A stretch of DNA of 64,000 nucleotides from positions 162,564,001 to 162,628,000 of the forward strand of contig CM097885.1 in NCBI GenBank assembly GCA_044892525.1, written 5' to 3'. The notes under the pieces were generated by a model, which did not search any database, was not told where the DNA came from, and was given only the letters and a program-made list of their open reading frames with translations. Positions 1 through 13,870 of the stretch are shown piece after piece; position 1 is the first letter of the stretch, and each line of letters opens with the position of its first letter. Origin of the DNA: Schmidtea polychroa (Eukaryota). The position numbers were made by a program, and so were the translations under genes.

Positions 1-985
1 CTTCTACGGCAGTCAATGAACACAGCGACTCTTCGGATTAATAGCAGTTCACTTTACAGAACTCACCTCTTGCTGACAGTCAACCACTAAATCGTAGTAC
101 CAACGTCTCGTGCGACGGGCTTTTAATGACCAATTAAAACAGTTATGTGCGGTTACGGAGAGGAATACGAAAATAAGGAGAAAGACGACCAAATTACAGC
201 GAGAAAGCGCAGTATCTTCCCTACATTTGATGGATACATCGAACCAGCACAATGGGAATTAAAGTTCAAAACAGATGGCACCAGAAGAACATATCAGAAG
301 ACAGAGAAAGAGAACAGCAAATAAAGATGAAGAAATAGTCAACAATCAGATACAACAGCAGTGAAATTGACTGTGATCTGGATTCTCATAAAGGATATTT
401 CTCGTTTGAAAAGTATTAACCATTCAATAAAGATCAATCAGGATATCAGAGTCCAGAAAATGAAACATAGGACTAATGAACTGAATCAGAACAGGATTTT
501 ACGACGAAAGAACCGAATTTCGTTATTGACTAAAATAAAACAAACATCACTGAAAAAGATATATGCCATCATTTTTGGTAGACAAATTTGCGACGATGAT
601 GTGTTAAACCTTGCATTAAAATAAAGATTAATAAACGACAATACGAATAAAATATATCCCAATAAAACTATTCCTCGCTGAAAAAGATAATGAGAACATT
701 ACCTTGACGGCTCCCAAAGAAATTTTGGATAACAAGGGAAGATATATCGAAAATTTTCAGTTGGTTGGAAATTACCGAACAAGCCCAAACCAATGTAGGG
801 CCAATATCTATGACAATAAAATATCCCAGTTCAACGTGGGTCCCAAAGCAATTCAGAAAGCAATCCAATACTCAACAAACACATATTCATTCATCTAATT
901 ATTTACATTTAATCATTCTTGTGAGACAATTTGATTATCCTTCATACACATTATTTATCCACTTGTTTAATTGGAAAGTGTAGTC
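1..985. repeat. Copy A of a ~1-kb direct duplication (copy B at 12432-13416); decayed retroelement-derived sequence
   Basis: Four ORF-track translations are identical at offset 12431. Identity ends at ...GTGTAGTC (985/13416), where a CAGGGGT hAT end begins in copy A. The left boundary lies outside the window. Confidence 0.9.
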
Positions 986-1390
986 CAGGGGTACCCACTA
1001 ATTTTTCTAGGAGAGCTACATTCACATCCAAAATGTGTATGCGATCTACTTTTAAAAAAAAAAAAAGTACTCCTCCATTTCTTCGCAATAATGATAAGTC
1101 TTGGCTTTTTTATTTAGCATTTTTTTATTTAGCATTTTTAAACAAAATTAATTTAACAAAAAAGCTTAGGAAAATTTTTCACTTTGTTACACCAAAATTT
1201 TTTTATTTAGCATTTTTAAACAAAATTAATTTAACAAAAAAGCTTAAGAAAATTTTTCACTTTGTTACACAAAAATTTAAGCATAAAACAGAAATTTTAT
1301 ATAAAATCTAAATTTATATAAAAAATATTTTTTTTATGAAGATCTACTAAAAAATCCTTCGCGATCTACCGGTAGATCGCGATCGACCTT
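986..1390. mobile_element. Truncated hAT-type non-autonomous element (left end only)
   Basis: Starts CAGGGGTACCCAC. Has the GCGATCTACCGGTAGATCGCGATCGAC subterminal palindrome typical of hAT MITEs and an internal ~70-bp tandem duplication. No right TIR found. Confidence 0.55.
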
Positions 1391-2804
1391 ATGGTAAATG
1401 TGTAATTTCGTCATAGTGTAATTTCTTCTGTGTAATTTTGTGAAGGGTATCAATGCTAAAATGACCTTTAAATAATCTAACATGAGAAAGATGTTTTTAC
1501 AAACTTTGTTATTACTGTAACAGATTATTAATGTAAATATTATTGTTACAAGCAACAAAATTTTAGGGATAATTATACTTTGTTGAGAAAATTTTTGTTA
1601 CCTCGTCTCTGAATTGTTTGATATCGTCGGTGTCATATCCAGCTTTGTATGTGCCTTAAGTTCCAAGATTATACTTGTTCATTCGTATGACAGGATGTTT
1701 GGAATTTGTAGCTCTTAATACTTCACACGTGTTTAAATTTTCAATGACACAATAAAACCTTTTGCTTGATACCTAGGGTAAATGCTCCTAAGGGAAATCA
1801 CCCCAAGAGGAAACGAATCTGATTTAGCTTTTCAAAAAATTTCTCTACGTCTTCCCTTTTTCTAATTCCAACTTTTGTTTAAGAATTAGTCTGCCTACTT
1901 TTATAACCGATTTTGCAATTTGCCTATGTCTTTCGCGTCTACTATAAGGTTCTCTCTTATTCAATTAGCCTCAAATTAAATAATTTGCATAGGAGGAGCC
2001 GAAAATATCCCAAACAAATCAAATTATTTCATGTTAGCTTGACAGGCTGCCACAATGGAAGGGATTTTGTTTATTTAATGAAATTGATTCGTTTTTATTA
2101 ATTAATTAACTAATTAATTTGTATTTCTTAAATAACGTTGTCTAGGGACAAATAGTGGTGTTCATCTCTCTCCACTCCATCACCATTATTTCTAACACCT
2201 TGTCAGCACTTTTTGAATTAAATCTTTTATAAAGCAATTTTTATACATTTTTTGTATGTCAATTGCCCTCAAAATAATAAAAAAATTCGACATCCATTTT
2301 TAATGAATAAAATGAATTAATTATGATTCATAAGGCTGACTAGCAATAATATATTTAATTTGATAATTATTTTCAAACATTATATATACAATAAAATTTA
2401 GGGGTCCCAGAAAACCATTTAATGGTTCTGAGATCTTTATTGATAAAACATCTTTAAAGAAAAAATACTAATTAATTTTTTTGAAATTTTTGACCACTGA
2501 ACATAAAAAATAGAAAGGCCATCCAATCCATGACAGTTTTTTTCAATCCTTGGATTCTGATTTATAGATATTGAAATTCATTAAATAAATGTATTTTTAT
2601 TGATTTTTAAAGAAAAAACGTAAATAGCATATTGCATTTAATGTTTGACTATTGAGACCAAAACTCAGTTTACTGTAAAAGCTTCCGGCTTATGAAACCT
2701 CTTTCGAACTCCAACTAAGTCGCCAGAATCGGTGATAATTTATCATAAATCCCATTGATATAATATCCTTTTTTACCACTGTGAATTAAAATTACAATCT
2801 CATT

Positions 2805-4231
2805 TTATATCAGGCAATCAAGGGTAAAGTCTAATTTTCTAATAACGAATTTGAAATAACTAGCTGCCAGACTATTTATTTCTCTAAATCTAGCTTGTAC
2901 ACCTGCATATATGCCGCTCATATTACTGGCGTTATCATATGATTGGGACCTGCAATTTCCAATACTTATGTTATAATGTTTCAAAGTATGTCGTATAATG
3001 TCGAATAAATATTTTCCATCGTGTTGTTCGATTGCAATAAATTTTAAAAATCGTTCAACCACATTTCCACATTTAAGTACATACCGAATGATCCCGGTAA
3101 GCTGGTCCATATGACTAATATCAGGAGTTGAATCAATGCTGATTCCATAATATTTTGCTTCTTTTATTTCAGATATTATCTGCGTTGCAACTTTAGATCC
3201 TAGTATACCAATAAATTCTTCACATATAGCATTAGATAAATAGGAAACATTTCCTCTTCCAGCATTTGCATGTCTTCGAATATGTTCTTTTAAAAAGGAT
3301 CAAATTCGGCTATAAGATCGATACAATCAAGATAATTTCCATTATTAGAACAATTACGAATTTCATTATCGCCACGAAATGGCAAACCTCGTTCAGAAAG
3401 AAATTTTATTACGGCAAATATTCTCTTTAAAACTTCAATCCAGTAATTACACAATTTTTCTTTCTCTTTCTGTAGCTCTACATCAATTCTACTGTTCTTC
3501 TGTAATTGAAACATAGATGACACTGCGTCAAGGTGATCTTTTGATTTTTCATGTGATGTAAATCTGGATATTGCATTTTTCCAATCATCAAATCCATTTA
3601 TAAGTTGGTTGAGGATTACGTTCACTCTAGGGAAAAGCTTGCAAATATAACAATGTACTGTTCCAGTTGATGAAAAATATATATGCCAGTCTCCTTCGAT
3701 TGCTTCCCCATTGCCTCATAAAATACTCTTTACGTGGATATCTGATTTTGTCTCCATATTTTCTACCCTTCAAGAGAAAATTGAATTCTATATTTTGTGA
3801 AGGCTTATTTTCAGAAAAATAATTAATGAGATCTGGAGTAATAACCCATTTAGCTGGACCAGTATTATATTTTAAGTTTAAATTAACTTTTGATATTTCA
3901 TTAGATATTTCTATTATTTTATCCTCTGATGATATAAATATTTCGGCAGAAGTTCGGTCTTCTTCTACATCTAACTCACATGTATATGTATCTTGTTTAT
4001 TAGTATCTTCCGTACCAGATGATAATTGTTCTGAAGTTTTATCTTGATTTTGGTCTTCTGGATCAATAAATTCAGTTACATTTGTAGAGCAGCTTTCATT
4101 ATTTCCTCTTATTTCTGTTATATATTTGAGTAGTGAACCTTTCATTTTTTTTTCAATGCTTCTTCTTTGACTATTTTCTTTTTACGCTTTTCGGAGCCCG
4201 ATTCATGTTTTCTCTTATATCCGTCAGACAT
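2805..4231 (-). pseudogene. Frameshifted ZMYM1-like/TTF-type hAT transposase
   Basis: ATG at 4231 gives MSDGYKRKHESGSEKRK. Fragments include GFDDWKNAISRFTSHEKSKDH, IKFLSERGLPFRG, GNYLDCIDLIAEFD and SQSYDNASNMSGIYAGVQARF, broken across frames. Confidence 0.85.
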
Positions 4232-4653
4232 TTTACTTTCTTATTTTTAATTTACTTACTTTTAATAAGTAATTAATATTTATAGTTTTACAGCAATATT
4301 ATTTGTTATAACTAGATAACTCTAACAAAGTAGAAACACAATAAAAATAGTTTAATCTTTTCAGAAAATTACTTGTAAAAAAATCAGTTGCTATGGTTGC
4401 ACAGCTATAATCACAGAAAATTTAATTTCATTCGTATTTTCCTTGCAATTGAAAATAAACCAGCCAATCATATCAAACAGGTTTAAAATTTTTGTTTTCA
4501 AATGCGTGGAATTTAAACTTAGAAACAAAAGACTTAAAGTATAATAATTGGTACTCATCATCGCCATACATATACGAAATAAGCATTTCTTCATTTAATT
4601 TCGATCGTAGTAGAAAAACGTTATAAAGCGAAATAAAGGCACCAATATAATAT

Positions 4654-5433
4654 TGTTGGGTTTTTAATGTAAGTCGGTACTACGGTCTGACTCCTTTGTG
4701 TTCTTTTCCAAATAAATAAATAAATAACCCAACACAAAATCTTTATTAACTCTGATGCAGTTACACTTTTATACTTTTATTAGTTTACTCACACTTGACA
4801 CAATCTGGTTTGTCTGCACTTTTCAAATTGCCCACAAATTTCAACTTTACTATTTTCTTTTTCGCTCTCATTACTTCGACTTTATTTTCTTCGACCAACT
4901 GGCAGTTTTGTTTTCTTGCCAGTTGCTTTTATACCCACTTGGTAATTGACTTTATTTTTGCCAATTATTTTTGGTCTTACTTCCCCCCGGGCTTCCTCTT
5001 GGAGGTCTAATTCAATTTAAGGGAATTGGCTCATTTTCTTTGACGGCTCTTTTAATTTTATCCGGCTAAATTAATTGCCTTCCCAAAATTGGATTTCTCC
5101 GGCTAAATTAATTGCCTTCCCAAAATTGGATTTCTCAATTCGCTCGGGTTTTCCATTGTCTCGGGTTTCCCATTAGCTCGGGTTTTCCATTAGTTAATTA
5201 ATTTTTGTTTTTTGTAATTTATTCCTTTTAGGGACCCCCCCATTGATTTTATTTTATTATAGCTGAACTCGTCTCATTATTTAGCATCCGCCCATACCAG
5301 TTTCCCCAGAAAATATTCATTTTTAAAATTTTTGATTTTTAATTAATATTTTGTACTTTAAATTTTTATTTTGAATTTGGTGTTTTTGTCAATTTTCACC
5401 TCATTTTTGTGCCTCTCTTGTTGAACCCCAACA
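4654..5433. mobile_element. 780-bp TG...CA element (solo LTR or Ginger-type MITE)
   Basis: Ends TGTTGGG / CCCAACA with a 4-bp ATAT duplication (4650-4653, 5434-5437). Internal short tandem repeats. A partial inverted copy lies at 15404-15643. Confidence 0.65.
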
Positions 5434-6062
5434 ATATTCACAAAATAACATTCATAAAATAAACCAATATGGAATGAAACTAAACTTTGTTATGTAAATA
5501 AAGTGTTGTTAAACAAAAACACTTTGGAATTAAATTAACGCATTTTAAAAATAAACCACAGCTGACTTCGTTAGGGATACTGGCAAAAAAACTATTCGAT
5601 AGGGTTAAAGGTAAAAGTGCCTAGGGCCTACGAAGAGGTTAATTCGGGCATGATGTGACGAATAAAGAACTTACAGTAATCGTGTTGATAATAAGAACAA
5701 TCTAACTACTCACAGCAGCCAACAACAATTATTTCATACGTACTGTGTCTAATTCAATACTAATTCAATGAATACGACCAAACGCAATTGTCTATTATTT
5801 ATGCTAAACAATTTCAAAATTAAAGCGAAATGAATTACAAAACTTTTATAAAAGTGAAATGATTAAATTCATAACCACAACAACTTGTGATAAATAATAT
5901 TTAAATGCACAATATATTTATTTCACAATATTAAAACAGGTTAATTTTCAGCACATCAAAATTATCCAAACGGATACAAAATAAAATGATAATAAAAGTA
6001 ATAAAGTAATAAATAGTTTAAAATTTTATTTTAAAATACACAATGACGTCACATACCACCTG

Positions 6063-8918
6063 CTACGCTAATATTTCCAATAGCTCTTTTATGTAGCTAT
6101 TGCTTGGACATGAGAATATTTCTTCGTTCCAAAAATCTTTTATAAAAATCCATAAATCTTGGACAGCATCGCTATCAATATAAATCAATAAGCTTCATAT
6201 TTTCGCCAAAATATACTCACCTGGACACCCCTAAATGTCTAACTGAGTTCAAAAGATATCTCCAAGGCCACTCAATTTCACCCCATTTAACATCACAGAG
6301 ATATTTGAACAATAATCTAGCGATATCCTCATGATTTTCTTCATCATTAAGATAATCAATGTGCATCTTAAATGCTTGCAAAAGAAATGAAGAACAATCT
6401 GGATTAATATGAATTTGCTTCTCAATATACCTCGCTCGAATCTCTGCGACATCTTGATTAGTTACTGATCCTTGTATGTAAGATTGGTTACGATTCAAAA
6501 AATCCAAGAGATATTCTGAAGTATGAATATTATTGGGGCAGGCTTCATAGTAGAGTTTAAGAATCTAAAATGCAGAAATAGAAATAAGAAATTCAAAAAG
6601 AAAGGAAAAGCTGGAACATTTTTTTAAAATAGGATTTATTATTTACTAAAATAAAATCAATTCAATTTTAACCCTTTCGCACCGACTTTCCGTTAATGAC
6701 ACTATGCTAAATTTATATATTGGAACTTCTTAATATTGACCTAAATATGAAATATTCTCATTTTTGTAATCGTGGCGCTTCTGAATATCCTAGAAAGTCC
6801 TGGGATAATAAGTCCCAATAGGCTTTTATGGACCATTCAAAATATCTTAGTAGGATCATGATGAAAATTTCTGGGACGTATTGTCCCAATAGGGGCGAAA
6901 GGTTAAAATGTTAGAAAATCAAAATTTCAATATTATCTGAAACTCGACTTTCAATATCGAATAATTCATTTAATTTATCCATTATTCGATATTCAGATAA
7001 TATTGAAATTTTGATTTTCTAACATTTTAAAATTGAATTGAATTTATTAAAATTTATATTTATCATTTATTTACTAATTTTTTATTAACTTGTATTTTTT
7101 AAATATTTTAATTTTTGAATTCTTTTAATTTAAAAGAATTCAAAAATTAAAATATTTAAAAAATACAAGTTAATAAAAAATTATTAAATAAATGATAAAT
7201 ATAAATTCAAAATTCCTTCATTTGGTATCTCATGAATCAATTTTAAATAATGTATATAAATAAACATCAATTTATTTGAAAATCGATTTTTTTCTATCAG
7301 ATGAAGCCATAAATTAAAATGAATTCAGAAAAGTAATTTTATATAAAAAAAATAAAATAAAAAAAATTAGCTTAAGAATAATTCTTTAAAAATAAACTCA
7401 TAAAAATATTATATATTAATCAATAATTCTATAATATTAATCAACCAAATATTAATATAATATAAATTGGCTTTTGTAGAATTTTTTCCCATTTAAAATA
7501 TTTAATTGTTTATTTTCCCAATTTCATTTTAGACAAGATATAAGGTCTTTCCGATACTCATTAAGGACAGTATCATAGAAACCAGGATCAAGATAAAACA
7601 AAAAACGACGAGATTGTGTGGAACAACAGATTGTTAAGAGAAAATTACAATTTTCACGATGATTAAAGAAACATTGGAATAGAACAAGTGGGAGTTAATT
7701 AATAGGAATTAATAAAAACCGCAGATTCACGTTAATATATGAAAATTATACAATAAAGAATTTGCATTGTACTGGATGGAAACATTTATATCTATGAAAG
7801 GAATGGAGTCAATGATAGAATTAAAAGTAAAATCAAAAAAGGTTTGAATATTTAGATATCCTATAAATAAAATCTTTTATCATTTCTACTATTGATCTAT
7901 TTCCACTAGCAAATTCACTCTCATTTCCTTTAAGAATATAAATCAAATTTGGTTTTATAATCTCAAAAGAAATGAAGCCAAATTGTAAAATGTTATTGGC
8001 AAATATGAGAACTTACTTGATATGCATCCAGGTGTTTCTGCTTGTATTCCAACAGATCGAGATAATTTAATAGGAACGAGTCGACTACTAATTTCTTTTC
8101 AATAGCAGGAAATAATTCCTTGAAATCCAATTCCGCCTGGATTCTAGATTCTTCATCTTCCGAACCAAACTTCAACGACTGTTTCCAAGTGGCATAGTAT
8201 GAAACAGCGACTATTAACTTAATAAAATGGTTCACAGTTTCCATTTCCTGTTCTCTTATAAACCTTTTATTCCGGAAATATTCTGAGTACTAAATTTACA
8301 GTGTCAAATTATCATATCAATGCAATTCAATCACAAATTAGATGGCGTTCGAAATTAATAAATTACAATTCCATGCTCGCCATTGTATAGTATATTATAC
8401 AACACAAACTGCAGTATATGGCAGTATGGAGATATTGCAATAAATTTTAAAAAATAAAATAAAAATAATCACCTCATTTGTGTAAATATGCTTAATTTCA
8501 TCATAACGTTTTTGTTCTAATAAATAGAGAAAATATTCATATATCATATTTGATGGATCCCAGATATCACAATTCAATAAAGCGTTGAAAAAAATGTTCA
8601 TGGAATTGCTATCTCCAAGTCGTGATAAAATATGAAATCCGGTTCTCCAAAGAAAACTAGAACTTATTTTGAAATTTATAATTAAAATGATGAAATATGA
8701 TAGAGCATGAATAATTTCATTTCGCGATAATTTATTATAGATGGATCGAATGAAAGCTTCTCTATTATTTACAATATTCACTTGATGATCTAAAGGTTCA
8801 CCGATAAGCCTGATCAAATCCTCATTCAATAAAGTAAATGATTTATGTTTTAATTTAGTTCTCTTTTTCAAAATAGATAAAAAAATATTCGACAAATGTT
8901 CAAATGATTTCTCACTGT
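6063..8918 (-). CDS. TAF1A: Host gene, TAF1A/TAFI48-like (RNA Pol I SL1 subunit A); four 3' coding exons 8918-8473, 8289-8017, 6564-6221, 6171-6063
   Basis: All junctions are GT-AG with compatible phases (2,0,0,2); stop TAG at 6065-6063. The joined protein has colinear blocks resembling vertebrate TAF1A as recalled: FLWRTGFHIL, YFLYLL, YYATW, VVDSFLLNYLDLLEY, ILKLYYEACPNNIHTSEYLLDFL, WPWRYL, VQDLW. The 5' exon(s) were not located. Confidence 0.65.
6650..7048. repeat. Foldback (long inverted repeat) interrupted by the piggyBac MITE
   Basis: TTAAAATGTTAGAAAATCAAAATTTCAATATTATCTGAA (from 6903) has its perfect reverse complement at about 6990-7030. The left arm continues at 6650-6671 once the MITE is removed. 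Confidence 0.8.
6672..6902. mobile_element. piggyBac-type MITE in a host intron
   Basis: TTAA at 6668-6671 and 6903-6906; ends CCCTTTCGC / GCGAAAGG; internal GTCCCAAT motifs. Confidence 0.75.
7052..7206. repeat. Near-perfect palindrome, 76-bp arms, 3-nt loop
   Basis: 7052-7127 is the reverse complement of 7131-7206 with few mismatches; centre GAATTCTTTTA-ATT-TAAAAGAATTC. Confidence 0.85.
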
Positions 8919-11240
8919 CTAAATTTCTTTAAAATATTAAAAATTACTAAAAATTTACCCATTGATTTTCCACTATCTTTATATAATTTGAAAAACGTAC
9001 GTCTGTCCATTAAAAGTTTTAAAATATAAAAAATATTTAAGTTTTAAATTTTTATCACATTAATATACCAATATTTAAACAAATAAAAGTTTTGTTAATT
9101 AGAATTCTTTTTAAAAAATAGGTAAATTCGATAAAAATTTAAATATTTAATTTAATTTAAATATTTATTGTCTATTACAATTACAATCGATTTGATTTCT
9201 GTTAACACAATTACACAAAAGATTTTGTTTTTAAAAATAGGTTAGGTCGATAAATATTTAATTTAATTTATTATAATTGGTATGTTTTAAAAACAATTAA
9301 ATTTAAAATATACATTTATTTTTTTTAAATGTTTGATTTAAACAAAATAATTTTGGCGTTATCTGTGAAATGTGAAATTACCAATTACTGATCTAACTTA
9401 AAGCGTGTCTTGAAATATCAACAAGAATGACAACTTCTCTATATTATCAATAGTTATTGTCCATCACAATCACAATTAATTTGATTTCTGCTAACACGAT
9501 TACACAAAAGATTTATCACTCAAGATTTATTACGACATACAATGAGAAATAGTCCAAATTATTGCCAGCGAAAGTGGTTCTTCAAGCGAAATTTCTCAAA
9601 TTACTTGTGTAAATAGACGAGTTCCTTTTATTTTTGTTGACTTTCTGTTTCTGCAACAATTTTTTTTAAAAATATTTAACCATTTTTTTTGTCTCACTTT
9701 CTCTTTTGATTTCTTGAGTTGTGCATCGGCCTTTCATAAATTTTTGTTTGCTGGCACTTGTAAATCAACATAGTTTTCGTTTTCTTATCTACAACTTCCG
9801 TTATGTAAACTTATTGTTGCTGTAAATTAAAAAATGAGATGGCTGTCTCACATTTCACCATCAACGATGTGGTAAAGGCAAAAAAATCATTTGGTAATTA
9901 TATCAAGTGGTATTATATATTATTGTTGGGCTGAAACCGAGAACTTAGAGTTTGTTTTAATCGATCGAAAATACCTAACACAGAGACCGCAAAGTTGAAA
10001 AAATTTATGATCAAGGTTTAATATAAAATAAATTACATAACACATTAAGAATCAATAAACCCCGTAAAATAGAATAAAGAGATAAATAAATTTAACAAAA
10101 AAATTGAACATTTAAAAATTTCGATAGAAAAATAATAAAATGTAAAATAGAATTATTTGAAAATTTTTTAAACGATATAAAAATTAAATCGTCAAAATAA
10201 TAAAATTAGTTAACATTATGTAAATTGTAAAGTTTATAGAATTAAATGGTTAGAATTATGTAACTTATTAAATTTAAAGAATAAAAGTGTTTAAATAAAT
10301 AAAAATTAAATAACTCAAATTATTTAAATTATAAAATTTATAAAATTAAATTATTAAAATTAATAAAAAATTAAATAATTAATTAATTCAATTAATGAAA
10401 TTAAAAATAAATAAATAATTGCACACATTCATGCATGCATGCAAAATTAATTCAAAATTTTTCGCACTCTAATTGGATAGAGTGGCAGAGAATGCATGAA
10501 TGCGCATTCAAAATCAGTATAAATACTGATTACAAATTCATTAGAAAAAACTTTTTTTTCAACACCACAACCTAATTTGCAGACAGTACGCATATGCTCT
10601 CAGTTTTCGATTTTATGCTATCGTGGATTTGGTAATTTATTTTTGTTGTAATTTTTATGAAATGATTTAATCTAATAAAATTTTTGTTGTAATTTTTATG
10701 AAATGACTTAATCTAATAAATTTGTTTGTTTAATTTTCATGCAGGATTTAAATTTTAGATAATAATTTAATTAGGTTCAGTTTTTACATTCGTTAATTTT
10801 GATTAATAGTTACGGTGATACTGAGATCCAGTAGGCCACAGCTTAAGCGACACTAGTTGTTCCTCTTGCGAGTAGGTCAGCTGGCTTTTCAGATTCACGC
10901 GGATTGATCGGGCCATAACGAGGAGGCTTCTCCCCTGGTCCGTCTCCATAAGTATTTTCTAGTCGGAAATGAGTTTGACTTAGAAATACAGGCAGATCCC
11001 TGCGCAAATTTTTTTAAGAATAATTTAAATATTATGGGAAGTGTGGATTAACTTGGAAATAAGGGCCAATTCCTGCTCAAATTTTTTGAAGGATAATTTG
11101 GATATTATAGGAAGTATAGAACAATAATTATTAGATGGAAAATAAGGGCGGATCCCCGCGCAAAACTTTATAAGAGAACAATTGGAAATACCCGTAATTG
11201 AGGACCACAAATGATCTAAAAACAGCATACATAGTGAATA

Positions 11241-11960
11241 GTGACGTAAGACCTTCTATCGGCAGTCTAGAACCTGAAAAGAAAATACAATGGGGAGTAG
11301 TTTTAGTAATAGAGCTCACCTGCTCATTGTTTTTCACTTTTGCGTACAGTACCAACATGGTCGTGGCCATGGGTACACAAATGGGTTTAAACTGCAATAG
11401 TCATGGAGGTGCTTAGGAAAGAGTCGAACGATTATGATTACCCCTAACGTATTTTAAAATGTAAAAATGACACACCCCTAAGTAACCAACATTATCTAGA
11501 AAACCGTTTGTACTCGCGAAACGTTCGTGGTTTGAAATCACTCTAAATATATTGACCGGTTGGCATTCTAAGACAAGATAGTACTTGAGTGAGACGAGAC
11601 TCGACGCTCTGATCTTAAAGCTCAGGATGATGTACGCATGATCACGCAAATATATAACCAACTACTTAATAAATGGATTAATGATACTCCTACAGTACAC
11701 AAAGACCAGGACCCAAGAAGTAAGACAAAATCTTAATCACATCAGGAATTACCGAAAAGGAGGGCTATTGAGAGCTTACCTTCGAAAAGTAAGAGTCCAC
11801 AAAAATTATCAAAATACAGGGAAGAGGATCCTTTATCCTTACCTCCAGATATTACTATGGGAGAGAAGAAGACTACGCAATGTGTAACAGCATTGACAAT
11901 GATGAATTCATCATTACCATTCCAATTCCGAAGGATTTCAATATGACTACAACAAACAAA
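11241..11960 (+). mobile_element. Decayed 5' end of an APE-type (RTE-like) non-LTR retrotransposon
   Basis: Conserved leader motif at 11241-11322, followed by LSETRL (11585-11602) and a degenerate xxDFN motif near 11930-11945, both AP-endonuclease-like. Many stops. Confidence 0.45.
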
Positions 11961-12431
11961 ATGATCCCGACGAAGATCTACTGAGATTAATTATCAGGAA
12001 CCAGACACAAACCTCACCAAAGCATTAAAAGTAAAAGAGAAACCATTCATCGTAGAAGACTATGTTGGTTTTGGCAGTTCAATATTAGAAAAAGTTAGAA
12101 CAAACTTATTCTAAGCGACACTTTAACTTTCGGGACTCTTCCTTCTCCCATGGTCCCATGTATCTATTTTGATTTATATTGCGAATACCCATTTTAATTA
12201 AAACAAAATCTCCAATTCGAAATTCGCGATTTGTTAATAAATTGATTCTATTATCTATCGGTGTTTGTGAAAAAAATTCACTATAAATCTATAAAATATC
12301 AAAATGTTATCGAAACATTTCTAATGCGTTAAAGCGTATGTTTCCTTAGAATAGTTTAAATAGATGACAACGAATAGGGAATTGAGTCCATAGGAAAATG
12401 ATGAAGGATAAGGTAAAATGAGGCACGGCAC

Positions 12432-13416
12432 CTTCTACGGCAGTCAATGAACACAGCGACTCTTCGGATTAATAGCAGTTCACTTTACAGAACTCACCTC
12501 TTGCTGACAGTCAACCACTAAATCGTAGTACCAACGTCTCGTGCGACGGGCTTTTAATGACCAATTAAAACAGTTATGTGCGGTTACGGAGAGGAATACG
12601 AAAATAAGGAGAAAGACGACCAAATTACAGCGAGAAAGCGCAGTATCTTCCCTACATTTGATGGATACATCGAACCAGCACAATGGGAATTAAAGTTCAA
12701 AACAGATGGCACCAGAAGAACATATCAGAAGACAGAGAAAGAGAACAGCAAATAAAGATGAAGAAATAGTCAACAATCAGATACAACAGCAGTGAAATTG
12801 ACTGTGATCTGGATTCTCATAAAGGATATTTCTCGTTTGAAAAGTATTAACCATTCAATAAAGATCAATCAGGATATCAGAGTCCAGAAAATGAAACATA
12901 GGACTAATGAACTGAATCAGAACAGGATTTTACGACGAAAGAACCGAATTTCGTTATTGACTAAAATAAAACAAACATCACTGAAAAAGATATATGCCAT
13001 CATTTTTGGTAGACAAATTTGCGACGATGATGTGTTAAACCTTGCATTAAAATAAAGATTAATAAACGACAATACGAATAAAATATATCCCAATAAAACT
13101 ATTCCTCGCTGAAAAAGATAATGAGAACATTACCTTGACGGCTCCCAAAGAAATTTTGGATAACAAGGGAAGATATATCGAAAATTTTCAGTTGGTTGGA
13201 AATTACCGAACAAGCCCAAACCAATGTAGGGCCAATATCTATGACAATAAAATATCCCAGTTCAACGTGGGTCCCAAAGCAATTCAGAAAGCAATCCAAT
13301 ACTCAACAAACACATATTCATTCATCTAATTATTTACATTTAATCATTCTTGTGAGACAATTTGATTATCCTTCATACACATTATTTATCCACTTGTTTA
13401 ATTGGAAAGTGTAGTC
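12432..13416. repeat. Copy B of the ~1-kb direct duplication
   Basis: Same sequence as 1-985 (offset 12431). Confidence 0.9.
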
Positions 13417-13479
13417 AATCCTTTTTATTGTTTATATTATAAATTATAAGAAATAAATAGACCAATCAGAATAATTGGA

Positions 13480-13870
13480 ATTTGAAAGTAAATAACGATC
13501 AATAAATCTGATCTCTGGGATTCGGATAACTTCAATCTTTACATGGAACAAGGGTGATACCATCTTTAGTCAATATTTTTCCTATGAAGATTAATAGCCA
13601 TTGCCTAAGCATTTTCCTGTCGTCCCCAGATAATTTAAAAATTCGTGTTACCATTTGTGTTCCGAAAAGTAGGATCGTCTCAGGTACATAAATGTCATCA
13701 TCGCTGGGTAAAGTCAGTCCGTCACATTTGCTAAAAGTACTATTTTGTCTACAAATACGGAACCTTTGATATTATTCGATCCAATCATTATGTCATCCAG
13801 TAATTTACCTATGTACTTTCCATTTCGAGCACAATGATTCAAAAGAATGTTCAATTAAAACCCTGTTTCT
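13480..13870 (-). pseudogene. Possible reverse transcriptase remnant
   Basis: Minus-strand frame gives LLDDIM...VFVDKIVLLA...EFLNYLG, resembling the YADD and KYLG RT motifs; has stops. Confidence 0.35.

Noticed and set aside
9560-9830. Possible 5' exon of the TAF1A-like gene
   Set aside because: No open frame with compatible splice phase could be established.
10815-10950. GC-rich segment that looked like a possible ribozyme
   Set aside because: Could not fit hammerhead (CUGAnGA/GAAA), HDV or twister cores, and found no second copy in the window.
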